DNA of 62,943 nt, filler included, from Rhabdomonas costata (lineage: Eukaryota): NCBI GenBank assembly GCA_019059605.1. It is 40 parts of 40 records of this genome, joined end to end, with 100 filler letters (N's around TTAATTAATTAA, not from the genome) between each part and the next. Parts side by side here need not be neighbours in the genome. Positions count along the whole stretch, not along the records: positions 23,656 to 25,131 come from JAHMHO010014947.1; positions 25,232 to 26,708 come from JAHMHO010014948.1; positions 26,809 to 28,284 come from JAHMHO010014949.1; positions 28,385 to 29,859 come from JAHMHO010014950.1; positions 29,960 to 31,435 come from JAHMHO010014951.1; positions 31,536 to 33,011 come from JAHMHO010014952.1; positions 33,112 to 34,587 come from JAHMHO010014953.1; positions 34,688 to 36,163 come from JAHMHO010014954.1; 32 more parts are not named here. One strand, given 5' to 3'. The stretch's first letter is position 1; each line of letters starts with the position of its first letter. The notes under the pieces are model-generated. The model had not been told where the DNA came from. It ran no database searches and saw nothing but the letters and a program-made list of their open reading frames with translations. Positions 25,081 through 37,839 of this stretch are shown here, piece by piece. The translations under genes were made by a program, and so were the position numbers.

Positions 25081-27441
25081 GCGAGGGGGTGGCGCTAAGG
25101 GCGAGGGCCGTGCGGTCACTGTGTACAAACCNNNNNNNNNNNNNNNNNNNNNNNNNNNNNNNNNNNNNNNNNNNNTTAATTAATTAANNNNNNNNNNNNN
25201 NNNNNNNNNNNNNNNNNNNNNNNNNNNNNNNTGTTGGGTTTGATGCAAGAAAATGGGTAAAAAGAAGGCCAAGCTAAAAGAGTATTATAGAAGAGGTGGA
25301 GATAAAAGGCTTACGAGGATAAAGGAAATCCTCGATGCGCATGTGTACGCGTATGTTGAGATTTTGCCCAGCGAGGATAGACGAGGTCAAGATCCTGCAG
25401 AATGGATGAATTTGAAGACGAGTAGATGGAGGATTAAAAGAGGAACAAGTCGGTGTTCTTCAACGCCGATTTCAAGAGATTAGGAAAAAGATCCCGATAA
25501 AGGTCTGTAAACCGACGTCTGACGTCGGATGTTTTTTGGTTGAGTTTGATTTGGGTATACTTTGGTTTTCGTGGTGTTTTTGTGTTGTGATAAGAAATCT
25601 GTTCACCTATTTTACAGGTTGCAGCTAAAAGCTCGACGGAGCGAGGCTAAAGCGTGGTAGAAGCTACAAATGTTGAGAGCTGAACCTTCTTAATTTCCCC
25701 TGTGCCGTGCTCTGGTGCCGTTCCCTTCCTGTTTGCCTTGTTTTTGGGTGGGAAAGGCGTAAGCGGACGGCTGGGTAGAGGCAAGACCTCTAGGACCCAC
25801 CTCCCAGAGGAACCCTCGAAAGCAAAGGCCTTTGAAACGAGCAGCCAGCAGAAGCCACAGCAAGAGAAGTCCAGCTAAACAACCCGCTTTTCCCAAGACC
25901 CCGGCCCCACCTCAGCTAAAAGAGCCACCTCCCCCAGCTAGAGCAAGCAAGCGCGGAGCCGAAGAGCCCGACGCCATACACACCCAAGCCAGAAACCAAA
26001 GATATAGCCCACGAGGCGGCGACAGACCGCAGCGCACAAAGAGAGGAATCCATACCGGGATCGGGATAAACTCAGCCTCGTTCTGGGTGTTTCCACCCAG
26101 GTATACCCCGGAAGCGCCCACTTAGTGCAAAATAAGTCGGGATACAGGCTGTAAGAAGCGGAGCCCAGAGCCACGACCACCCGCCAGAGGTAGGGGGCAC
26201 GTAAGAGGCTCGGCGGATAGACGGCGTGTGACAACCGGTAGGAATCACCACTGCCGGGATCAACCACGCCATTACCACCGTAGAAGGCAATCAGGTGTGT
26301 GGATCAGCGTTTCCATATCTCTACTCTTACGCATCACCTCAATTCCTAAATCCATTGAATATCTTGTACTACTACAGGTCTTTCGTGTGATACCATGGTG
26401 GTGTAGTGTCTCTGTTCGGGCCATGTGACGTTTGCCAACCTTTGGTTTACATCAAAGGCTGACATTCTGCCATTTGGTTTCACGTCAGCACCTAAGCTTC
26501 GCAACCTGTGCCGTTCGCGTATAGCCTTCGCGTCATGATCACCCATGGCCCTATACCACACGTACTCCTTCGTTGCTCACACAATGACAATCCGCATCAG
26601 AAACGAATGCGAAGACCCATCCAGAAATCCGTACACTCCTTAACCCACATTTACAGTCACCATCCTCACCCTCATCACCCACCCTCCCATTCCAGAATCC
26701 TGCACACANNNNNNNNNNNNNNNNNNNNNNNNNNNNNNNNNNNNNNNNNNNNTTAATTAATTAANNNNNNNNNNNNNNNNNNNNNNNNNNNNNNNNNNNN
26801 NNNNNNNNGTGTGTGGTTAGCACCAGCAGAGGGAGGTGGGGGTGGATACCTGGAGAGTCACCATGAAATCAGTGAAGTCGCCTTCAGCCTTCTCGTGCTC
26901 AGTTTTAAAAATGCGAACTCAGGGGAATAACTTCATTTTACTATTCCGATTACGCGTTTCCAAAAAGGGGCGATTTCTCCACAATGGGATTCGATTTGAT
27001 AATCTTCTCAGCCGGAGTCGGAGTGCAGATTAGGAGAACTGGCATTTTGGATATACAACGTCCAAGGGGTCCTACTTGGGCGCAAAGTTGATTTGGCTGT
27101 TGACAAACAACCCGTTCTGAATTTACTTTGAAAACTTATCGAAAGTTTTCGTAAAATCGACTTTTTCTGTTAAATATTCGAATATTCGAATACATTGTCG
27201 CGGGCGGAAAAAGGGCGATTGTCTGGAACGAGTGGTGGCGCGGGTTCTTTGCTATTTGGCTTACAGTGGTTTCGTGCCCTGTCATACCAGAAAAGTTGAC
27301 AACAGCCAATTATTTTCATTGCTCGTCGAGCAATTGTTAATCTTCTCTAAATCATAGTACACCATCCGAAAGTCACGACAACCACACCAAAAAAAAGAAT
27401 AAGCAGTGAAAGAGTGAAGGAGGCGGGGGGCTGGCGCACAC

Positions 27442-27543
27442 CGGAGTGGGTGACCACCTCGTGCTGGTTGTAAGGGAGGTAGCCCAGTCCGCACTCCACC
27501 ACCAGCCGGGCCAACCTGTCCACGGCAAACTGGAACTCGTACC
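27442..27543 (-). CDS. Uracil phosphoribosyltransferase (or UCK-UPRT) exon
   Basis: EFQFAVDRLARLVVECGLGYLPYNQHEVVTHSG matches UPRT DF.F.SDRL.RL.VEEGL..LP....V.TP.G. 102-nt phase 1-1 exon. Confidence 0.82.
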
Positions 27544-28389
27544 CTGCGGGTGAACGTAAGTGAAGTGCGAAGGCTGATGTGGGGCATCCTAAACCGGTAA
27601 AAATGACGTTGACGAGGGGGGTGGGGGACGGAAGTGGTACCGGTTATCACTGGTAAGGGTTATCAATGGTTCGTTCCCCATGGTAACCCCAACCAGTGGT
27701 TTTCCATTGGACAATACATTAAAGAGTCATTATCGGCACCCCAGGGCACCTTCCCGCCACAGCCGCCCGTTCGGGCACAAAAGCTAATTAATGCTGTCCT
27801 ACTCGTACGTCCTATGCCAACCATCTACATTAATGCTGTCCCATTCGGCTGCGGACTGGCCTTGACCCCTAAAATAATGCTGCCTACTCGTCCGCCCGTA
27901 TCACAACCACTGGGCTAGTCCTTGACCAGCATTAGGTTTGACATGCAAACCAGGAATACTAGAGATCACGTGGAGAACAATGGCACACGTTTTCTAACCC
28001 TCCTACAACAAAATATTTTCTGAGTGCTGACATCAGTAAAAAAAAAAGCAATCATTTGATAACTTTTCTGCCGCCACTGGCAACCACCAAAAAAGAAAAA
28101 TGAAAAAAACCAAACCAAAATCTAGAAAACCATATGCTCCATATCTTCTTTCGCTGTACTGTTATTTTTGAGATTTTGCTATTGACAAAACAAGACTGAA
28201 AAAGGTGCACCAGGTTTTCACAAACACTCCTTCACAAGAGCCCCACGAGGAAGCGAGGGCGCAAGGCAGGAAGGCCAACCCCCCNNNNNNNNNNNNNNNN
28301 NNNNNNNNNNNNNNNNNNNNNNNNNNNNTTAATTAATTAANNNNNNNNNNNNNNNNNNNNNNNNNNNNNNNNNNNNNNNNNNNNGTGTG

Positions 28390-29859
28390 GTGTGGTGAGG
28401 ATGTTTGTGGTGGTGAGCGAGGCGGTGGGGCAGGCCGTGCTGCTGCAGAAGCTGGCTTGCAAGGCGTTTGAGTCCTCCGTTCTGGTCACGGACTCAGTTG
28501 CGCGCCAAGTGTGTTTACATTACAGCCACAAAACCTTTATTTTGGTCGATATGGAGATTATGGGTCTATCTGTGTTTCATTGCAGTTCGCGGGGGTTTAC
28601 CTCTTCTCGTGACCTCAGGTGGAATGCAGCCTTACGATATTGTCCAGGCTGCCCTTGCGGTAAACCGGCTTTTTGCTGACGAATTTGATTGCCATCCCAG
28701 TGGAGAAGCTCTGGGCTTCAGCAAAACCGATAGCGGCAACAAAACCGTCACTGTAAATGATTTCGCCAGTTCCCCATCCAGAGAGGCAGTGTTGAATGGG
28801 CTTCGGGTTCGCGTGGGAGTGGCCAGCGGCCCGGCGACGTTTGGCAACATGGGCAGCGATGTGGTGAGGATGTTTGTGGTGGTGAGCGAGGCGGTGGGGC
28901 AGGCCGTGCTGCTTCAGAAGCTGGCTTGCAAGGCGTTTGAGTCCTCCGTTCTGGTCACGGACTCAGTTGCGCGGCAGGTACAGCGACAGCCAATTTTCAC
29001 GTCCTTGTTGCATTTACCGGCAAGCATAACATAATGCTTTGCAGTTTTCCGTGCGAATGTGATACGTTGACTCTCATTGACCTCACTTGACCAGGTGGAA
29101 TGCAGTCTCACTCTGCTGCCGACGGGCATTCTCCGGCTGCCTGACAACAAGGTACTGGGATGTCACCAGCCCATGGGCGAGAATGACCCTGCCGCTTCCA
29201 ATGAATGGTGTGGTCTTCCATACTCTCTGCTCCCACATTAGATACCCAATGGTTACCAAAGCCGATTCGAAAAACCCCTATCACACAGCAAAGAATGGCT
29301 AATAATTCGGTTTCTCTTAGCTCCTTCACCACCACCCACTGCCCACCATGATGCGAGGTTTGCTCCAAATTATGTTTCCCACCACACTCACGCGCGAAGC
29401 GCTGCTTCAATTTTGGCCATTGCATAGAAGGGGGCTCCATGAGGAGAATTATGGTCCGAAAAAGCGCACTTTCAAATATAGCTTTGTCAGTTGCTGTTCC
29501 CAAGTCCCAGTGCAGTTGTCCTCATTGGTTCTAGTGCGCTCTTCGCTCGGCGGAGCCTTGTCCACTCCAAGTGGACAAGATTCCGCAGATTCCAAGATTT
29601 TCATGTATTCACGGCTCTCTGCACGCTCGCTTTTTTTTGCAGGATGTACGCCGTGGACTCCACTCTGCAGAGCCACCAGCCTGTCAAGGAGCTTTTCGAC
29701 GCCTACTTGGCAAGCGTGAGGCTCTGCCCATGGGTTGTCACACGGTCTTGCGCAGCCGCTGCCGGCCCCTCAGGCCATGCTGACGATGAGGTCATCCCGA
29801 GGCTTCGCAGCACGCTAGCTTATGGAAAGGTCTTTGGAGACGCAGCGATAAACACCCCC
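28390..29859 (+). CDS. Class III adenylyl/guanylyl cyclase-like protein, C-terminal exons (two paralogous pieces)
   Basis: LRVRVGVASGPATFGNMGSDVVRMFVVVSEAVGQAVLLQKLA...SVLVTDSV is the cyclase C-terminal half. Exons ~28637-28977, 29095-29151 and 29321-29357, with further pieces to the contig end. Confidence 0.8.
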
Positions 29860-32074
29860 NNNNNNNNNNNNNNNNNNNNNNNNNNNNNNNNNNNNNNNNN
29901 NNNTTAATTAATTAANNNNNNNNNNNNNNNNNNNNNNNNNNNNNNNNNNNNNNNNNNNNGTGGTGTGGGATTTTCAACTGCAAGTTGCAGCCACTGCTGT
30001 GATTCAAAGAAGAGAGATTTCAACCACGGCTCCACGGCTCCGATTCTGGCGGTGCGCGCTGTGGGGGAATTGTATTGGGGGGAGAAGGATGAGCGTGCTG
30101 AGAGGGGTCGACACCTGTGTAGGATGAACAGGGCCCTTCCGCTCGCGAGGTCCGGTGGTAGTGCCTGCGTCGTCAACCGCACCCTGCAACGGGAGGGAAT
30201 CATATAAATAATCCCATGCACACCACCCCATCACTCGAATCCATCCCTTTGTCTGCTTTCGTTTTGGATTTTGGGGACAGAGTTTCCGCCTTCGGCTCTG
30301 GCGCCACCGAGCAGCTCCCTTCCCCAAGAAGGGAGGGAACATACCCGTAGTGAAGGGTTGATTGCGGGATAAGGAAAACAAGGGAAGGGATGCGTTGATG
30401 ACGCAGAAAAACCGGATGCAGCACACGCGGGGGGTCAGAGAGACGAGATGAAGGGTAGATCTCCCCAATCTACAAAGTGAAACCATGGAAAATATAAGCA
30501 AGAGGGACATGCCGCGAAGGAGCGGTACCGACCACCGAACAGGGAAGACTTCCGGAGGTCGGGGGAAGTAATATCGGGTTCTGCCGGTTGGTCCTGTGCA
30601 GCAGCACAACAAACGGGGGAATCATAGTTGTAGCGGTTCCCACTCTCACAATCATTACATCTGGGTTACCAGATGTAATGATTGGGTTTCTGGGCCTGAG
30701 GTTTTCTCAAGGGTCTGCAAGCGTCCCGTTTTCTCGCTCAGGGAGGTTAAGCCAACACGGATGGTAGTGAGGAGTCAGTCTGGACGATCACAGCGCCCAC
30801 GGCTAGCCTGCTGTGAACGTGTGTTTGCCGTTTGCCGTGGGAGAGGTCATTTGTCTCCAGGTATATATAGAACGGTCTATCGAATTGCTGCCCGACAAAA
30901 AGGCGAAAAGCTGACGTAATCATTTTCAAAGGTCCTTGGTCCAACTGCTTGGGGACAGAAACGTTTTGCTGTCTCCATCTTTCGTATTCTGCGGCCATCT
31001 AAGATGGGCGCAGAATACTGATTCGATCGAACTCTTTCGTAGTCGGAACGAGTTGCAACACAACCGTCTCACTGAGACAAGCGCCGATATCGCTTGGCTC
31101 GGCATACACGGACTTAGTTTGCTTGCATTCTGGAGATGAAGTGATCACTTTCGAGTGACGCACTCGCAATCAGGATGTACGCCGGGTAGTAAGAGTAAAG
31201 AATAAATGTTCCTGGGTTAATCACCGTCCTAACGCGGGTGGTGTTAGTCGTGTTGTTACGATGGGCTGTGTCTGTTGGCTCTGCTGTCATGTCATTGGCA
31301 CATATAGCGATCCCAATGGGTGGGACTTCATTGGGGCCTGAATTACCGTGAGGAACTGTCACCTTTCATCCCCCCTCCACCTCCCCTCGCCGAGGTTTCC
31401 GCAATCACCCTAGAAGACCTACTCAACCCCCCACCNNNNNNNNNNNNNNNNNNNNNNNNNNNNNNNNNNNNNNNNNNNNTTAATTAATTAANNNNNNNNN
31501 NNNNNNNNNNNNNNNNNNNNNNNNNNNNNNNNNNNGGTTTTGGGGGTGGGTTAGATTTTTTTGATCATTTAGTAGTGATTACATAAGATAAGATACGCGT
31601 GACCTCCGTGACCGCCAGAGCAAGCAGTGCAACTCCAACTTTAGAATCTCGCAACGGCAACCTGGAAAAAGGAAAAAGGAAGTCATGTATTAATGAACCG
31701 CGTCTCCGCTGCCTTAAACACTCTCCCTCAAATGACTCCTTGGCGGGTCTCCTCTCAGCGCTACTTACTTACTTCACCGTAAACAGAAACTGGTTTGTCT
31801 GCCGGTTTTTGTCTCAACTGGCTTGGGTTTCGTACTGCTGCATTCGAGCGGTCGCAACTACGATTTGGCATCTGAAAAACCGTGTTGTCTTAGTGGTTGA
31901 GATCATTTCAATACTCAATCAGTAAAACTTTCGTGCAAAAGCGGTACAACATCGATCTACGCGGTCGATTGGATAAATCTAAGGCAAACGATATCCAAAG
32001 TCGAACTACACCACGCATGTTACGGCATTGGTGGTTGATGTGGGTACTTGGCTGGGGGAGGTGGTCAACCACAG

Positions 32075-32296
32075 GCCCTGCAGTACAATGAGAAGCTCAA
32101 AGAGCGCTTCAAGGTCTTCCCCGAGGTCAACCGGCTGCTGCAGCGGAGGCACATCCCGAAGGAGGTCCGTGCGGCGCTGCGTACCCGCCGCGCAATGGAG
32201 CGGGCGGAGATGCGGCACCAAGAGAACGTCGTGCTGCGCGGCGGTCAGGTCAAAAAGCATGTCCTCCGGGATGCCGTGCTCAAGGTGGAGCAGTGA
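32075..32296 (+). CDS. SOF1: SOF1/DCAF13 C-terminal (Sof1 domain) last exon
   Basis: ALQYNEKLKERFKVFPEVNRLLQRRHIPK...EN; AG acceptor and TGA stop. Confidence 0.88.
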   Translation, partial: ALQYNEKLKERFKVFPEVNRLLQRRHIPKEVRAALRTRRAMERAEMRHQENVVLRGGQVKKHVLRDAVLKVEQ

Positions 32297-32484
32297 GATT
32301 TGGGGATGCCATTTTGTGGCGCCGATCAGATCTTGCTTGTCTCTTACCTTCCAACCAACTCTGTTATTCTGCAAATGATACGTTCTTTCTTCTTCGTTCT
32401 TGGTTTTCCAAGTGCAGATATCTTCTGGTAAAACCGATGTAGATAGGTGCCTCGGTTTCATGGCTGACATATTTTGTGCTTGGT

Positions 32485-32530
32485 TCGGGTTAGGGTTAGG
32501 GGCTAACCGTAACCCTCACCCTAAGCCCGA
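32485..32530. repeat. Head-to-head TTAGGG/CCCTAA-like interstitial telomeric repeats
   Basis: TCGGG TTAGGG TTAGGG GC TAACCG TAACCC TCACCC TAAGCCCGA. Confidence 0.7.
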
Positions 32531-33250
32531 TTAATGGAATGAGCAGCCCTATTGGTGATGGGGGCATCGCAAGATCTCCTCCACCGGCTTTCCTTTCCAT
32601 CAAGTTTTGCAAGGCTCTTGTATTGTTTGTTTTGGAAACGTAGCATACACTGGCGGTGCACAAAATGGGCAGACACGGAAGCAACAAAACAGCCGCTGTA
32701 CCAAACCGCTAAACTGCTGCACGACAGACGGCCGCCTTTTTTGGTGGATGCGCCATCGATCGATCGATCGACCCATTCGGACGATCGACGCGACCATGGA
32801 CCATGGCTGTGACTGCCGTCAGAAAAACCAAAGGTATCAAAGCATTGGGCCATCTCTGCCGAACAAAAAACCTCAGGCGACCTTTGAATTTAAAGGTAAA
32901 TGCATCAGGCTTCCTTGTCTGCACGAAGGGCCGTTAGCCTTCGAGGCCTTCCGGGGCTCACTCATTCACTTCAATCCATGCGCCCATCACCCTCTTCCGC
33001 TCCACCACAACNNNNNNNNNNNNNNNNNNNNNNNNNNNNNNNNNNNNNNNNNNNNTTAATTAATTAANNNNNNNNNNNNNNNNNNNNNNNNNNNNNNNNN
33101 NNNNNNNNNNNGGTTTGTTTTTTTCCAACATCTTTCATGAGCCATCTGTTTTTATCGGATTCCTCCAATTTTTGCGAAATTACCATGCATAATTGCAAGA
33201 TAGCAAGTCAGCGGAATGGCTAGGCTTAATGGCTCAAAGGACTCGCACAC

Positions 33251-34537
33251 CGGAGATGCGGCTGTGGATCTTCTGGTAGCTGGAAGTCAGCCGCGCGACT
33301 TCATCGCGGGTCTGCCGGGCCAGGGCCTCCAGCAGGGCGGTGATGCACCGCGTGGCCTGCTCCACCAGCGCCGCCTTGGCCTCGTAACACTCCACCTTAA
33401 CCAGCTTGAAACAGACCTCGCTCAGCGAGCTGCAGTGGGAGGACGGAAAAGAACAACAAATGGCAAAGGCAAACCTATGCTCTACTTCGATCACTCTAAA
33501 CGTTTCACTTTCATTTCACCCAATCGCAGATTTTCCACTCATTGGAGGAAAAAAGGCAATTCGCCCGCGATAGGAAATGCAACCACACCACCACCACCAC
33601 CACCGCTTTTGCAGAAGTGAGTGAATGAGTGAGTGTGTGTGTGCGTCCTGATGGTGGAATACGCCATTGAGATATCCCAACAACTCCGCCCAGCAGCAGA
33701 GGGGTGATATGTTCCCCGAGAAGTGGCAGCGCGTATTCGAAAGCCAGAAAAGACCTTCACCAAAGCAATTTCTTCACGTAGTGTGTGTGTATGTGTGTTT
33801 ACACGTGTTTAACGCCCTTGGGACCGACGAAGGCCACGTTAGGGTTTTGTAACGGTCGCCAAAACCCATGACCAAGGCAGGGGTAGCGGCGATGAGATTC
33901 TGCAACATTTGCAAGGGGCATCTTAGTGCATCTCAGCGCAAAAATACATGAGTTGGGAGTCAAAACTCACCTGCTCCTCGAGCAAAAGAAAACCAAGTCC
34001 GAGGCGCAGTTACGTACGAGCTGCGTAACCATCACTTTATGATTGTGTGGTGAGTGGGTAAGTGGGTAAGTGGGCAAGGGTGTTCATGTTCTTGGGTGTG
34101 TGTCCCGAGGACAGACCGATTGGTGATTCGCTGAATGTCCCGCTGCAACCCGAACAGGGTGGCACTGATCTGCTCAAAGCTGGGCGGGGGCGTGGCCTCC
34201 AGCAGCTGCCTCACATAGGCCTCGGGATCCCTCTGCGCGAATTCGACACGAATTCGGAGACCACTCTCACACCAACGTCACTAACACTATAAACCTGAAC
34301 TCGTGAACACTTCAAAGCGTTTACATCATCAGTATAGTCCACTGCAGGGAAGCACGCAGGATGGGTGGGCAGGGACGAGCGCGAGAGCGTGTGGACAAGA
34401 AAGAAGCGAAGGAAAGGAAGAGAAATGGAATCGCTCGCGTGCGAGCACGCACGCATGCACGCACGCACGCACCGAAAGCAGGTACTCGAACTCCTCGTAG
34501 AGCTGCTGCACAGCACGAGGGCCAATCAGATTGCGCT
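33251..34537 (-). CDS. Axonemal dynein heavy chain-like, N-terminal tail exons
   Basis: Exons 34537-34473, 34232-34117 and 33429-33251 splice in phase: ..YEEFEYLLSRDPEAYV...EVCFKLVKVECYEAKAALVEQA...LL..LA. Confidence 0.65.
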
Positions 34538-35068
34538 CTATCGAGCCCCCAAAATGACACATACGTTAAGATAAAGCCACAAAAAAANNNNNNNNNNNNN
34601 NNNNNNNNNNNNNNNNNNNNNNNNNNNNNNNTTAATTAATTAANNNNNNNNNNNNNNNNNNNNNNNNNNNNNNNNNNNNNNNNNNNNTGTGGGTGTGCCA
34701 GGAGGATCAGTATGAACGTGCTCTGTCACGCTCAATTCAAAGCGACAAGCAAGGCGTTTGCAATGCCGCTGATCCACGATGTTTGACGAGCAAGGTTGTG
34801 AGCAACGCACAACAAAATGCCCGCGGTAACACCGTTCTGCGTGCCCTTTTGGAGCAAGAATAAAAAATGGCCGTTTATGCCAAAATGTTGTAAACAGCAT
34901 ACGGTACGGAATGCTAGTGGTCCAAACATGTGGGGGAAGGGCTATGCTCCACAACCACAAGTGTTTCGAATCAGCCCGATTCCGTGCAGTTAACTTGACT
35001 TGACCAAACTAGACCATATAGTTCAGGGCTCTGCAACCACAGCAAGAAAAGCATAAGAATGTACAGAC

Positions 35069-36075
35069 CAAACTGTGACCAGCGCGTCGCTGAACATCGA
35101 TTTGTAGCCTTCCATGACAAGCTGGTGGGACCGGGCAATGAGGTCAAGCTTGTTCGTGGTGTTGAACTGCGAATGCGAAACAAATATCAAGGTGAAAAAA
35201 CGTTCGGAATGCAGGTGCATGTGGACCTATCTTGCCTTTTCACAGCATGTGGAGCCTGGCCAAACGTCGGAGGAGCACTTTGGGACCTTGATTGCCTGCA
35301 TACAAGGCAGAAAGCATTCAATTTTCCATTTTAAACCGCTGTTTGGGGGGTCTCTGTAATATGCTTCCGAAAGAGCTCACCGTCCACCACGCCTCGTGCC
35401 TATTCCTGAGTGCCACCAACGTTTGCTGGGTCTGTTTCCGATTGTGGTGACAGAACCGTCATACCCCCTCCCCGGTCGGGGCTCGTTTGCATGGCGCTCG
35501 GAAGGCAAAATGCTGCCGTGGGAGCGTCCGTGACAGCAAACGATGTTGTGGGTATTAGTTCTGTGCAGGGCCCTCCCAGGGCAGCACCTAACTTGGGGCG
35601 TGTCCCAGTGCGTGTGCGTGCGCAACGCCTCCGTATGTGAGTCCGTATGCTCCTTCTTGGTAAAAAATTGGTTTCCCAGTGAGCGTGTGGGTGAGAGTGG
35701 AGGACGGAAGGGCCGTCAAGGGAGAAATCCGGACTCACATGGACGGACAAAAACACTGGGACCTACAAAACCGAGGCGATGCGTACACACAATGGAACAC
35801 CGCCGGATGTGGGCGCTGCGCTCACGGCCCGAACATTCATAAGCGTGGGAATGGAACTTCCCAGTTCGGCGGGGGTGCTGAAACCCGGACTCACAAGACT
35901 CACAAGAACAGAAACAAGCACTTCACAGAATGACAAAAGAACAGTGAACCCCGCCCACCTGGCCAACAACGTCAGCCCCGAACAAGTAGCCAGCCCCCCG
36001 CGGACTGAGGCCCCAACCGTCGATGTCCTCCGGGTCGGACCACAGCAAATCGCACATTGCACCGTCATGAGGGAC
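35069..36075 (-). CDS. PPP4C: Ser/Thr protein phosphatase PP2A family catalytic subunit (PP4-like), two exons
   Basis: Exons 36075-35959 ([39 protein letters not shown]) and 35166-35069 ([27 protein letters not shown]). Confidence 0.9.
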
Positions 36076-36702
36076 CTGAAGGAAAAAAGCAAACGTCATA
36101 TCACAGGTCTGCGACGGATACGCCGACGCTGCCTTGCAACTTCCCCTTCGCCAACCCCAAAAANNNNNNNNNNNNNNNNNNNNNNNNNNNNNNNNNNNNN
36201 NNNNNNNTTAATTAATTAANNNNNNNNNNNNNNNNNNNNNNNNNNNNNNNNNNNNNNNNNNNNGGGGGTTGTGTGTGGGTATGCTGCTACCCACAAGAGT
36301 CATGGGCTTCACCCCAGGGTACCTGCTTCCTCCTTTTGCCAGGGCTCGCACCCTTTTTTGGAGAGGAATCTGGATTTACGGGTTTCCTCTTCTCGAGCAG
36401 TGTTCACGCTTCTTTTCCAATCCTTTGAGACTTTGGCTGGCTTCGTGAGTTTTTCTTCGTTGTCTTCCCATCGCAAACTTGGAAACGGGACTTGTGTGGG
36501 TGTATAAAAGCACCTAGGATCTTGGACATCCTGAAAGTTGGCCTACAGACGTGTCCATCGCCTTCTAAACCCCTGCTAATCTTCTCTTACAGGGGACATG
36601 TGCCCAAAAAATATCGGTTGAGAGAGGGGGCAAACAACTGCCGTAAAACGGGAAAAAGGAAAAGTGAGTACAAGCAGGAAAGCTAACCTGGGCAAGGTCT
36701 TT

Positions 36703-37459
36703 AGCCCCACCAGCCTTGCGGTGGAGTTTCCTGTCCTCGAATCTCAGAGTTTCAAAGCACAAGAAGCTTGCAAATGAAAGCCAGAAAAACAAGCTCAAGC
36801 CATCACCGCATCCAGGGAATATTGTTTATGTCGGGAATGCGTCCTAGTTGTAAATTGCACTGCGCAAAAAAGAAGGCGAGATCAATCAACAATCGGCACT
36901 TAGCCAAGCCAGTAAATGATAGTTTGAACTGCAGGACGGGAATTCATGGAAGCAAAAGCGCTCGTTGAAACACAAAAAAGGAAGCAAGGGCGGAGGCGTA
37001 CAAAGGGACAGCGCAACCTCTAATTGATACAATTGATAAGGGAGGGCGTGCAAGTGAAAGTGGAAGTGGGCATGGGAAAGTGAATGGTGGGGGAGAAGAT
37101 TGGCTTCAGGTCGTGGGGCACGGGAGACTGCATGCTCACTTGCTTGCAAACAAATCCTTCCTTCTTAATCGCAGCCCTTTGGGTGACGCCCCAATCTCTC
37201 TTTTGTTGCGTGGTTTTTTTTTCCAACTGCAGTTCAAACTATCATTTACTGGCTTGGCTAAGTGCCGATTGTTGATTGATCTCGCCTTCTTTTTTGCGCA
37301 GTGCAATTTACAACTAGGACGCATTCCCGACATAAACAATATTCCCTGGAAGCGGTGATGGCTTGAGCTTGTTTTTCTGGCTTTCATTTGCAAGCTTCTT
37401 GTGCTTTGAAACTCTGAGATTCGAGGACAGGAAGCTCCACCGCAAGGCTGGTGGGGGCT
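36703..37459. repeat. ~232-bp inverted repeat (36703-36934 / 37227-37459)
   Basis: Arms are reverse complements with two substitutions and one homopolymer difference; spacer about 290 bp. Confidence 0.93.
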
Positions 37460-37839
37460 GGAGAAGAGAAAAGAGACGCAAAGCCTTGAATTGAGGTAGA
37501 GGATTTTAATTTTAGATTTGCTTGAATTCAATGCGAGAAAAGAATGAGAAGAAAATGAGGGCAACGACACAGTGTCAGCGAGTTGCCGCAGCACAATGCA
37601 TAGTGGCACAGCCGTCACCGTTCTTTGGAAGGTTTTGTTGTCTTTCCTTCGGGGTACTAAAAGTACACTGCGCACAAGCCACGCGGCAGCCACGTCGAAT
37701 GGTTGGTCACCCTAACCAAAGGGGGCAACACCCCCCACCNNNNNNNNNNNNNNNNNNNNNNNNNNNNNNNNNNNNNNNNNNNNTTAATTAATTAANNNNN
37801 NNNNNNNNNNNNNNNNNNNNNNNNNNNNNNNNNNNNNNN

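Noticed and set aside
25232-26708. Possible retroelement gag-like relic
   Set aside because: Broken basic/Pro-rich frames, but no recognisable Zn knuckle, RT or integrase motif.
28017-28026. TTTCTGAGTG resembling part of a euglenid spliced-leader exon
   Set aside because: Only a 10-nt match, with no following T-run or GT donor.
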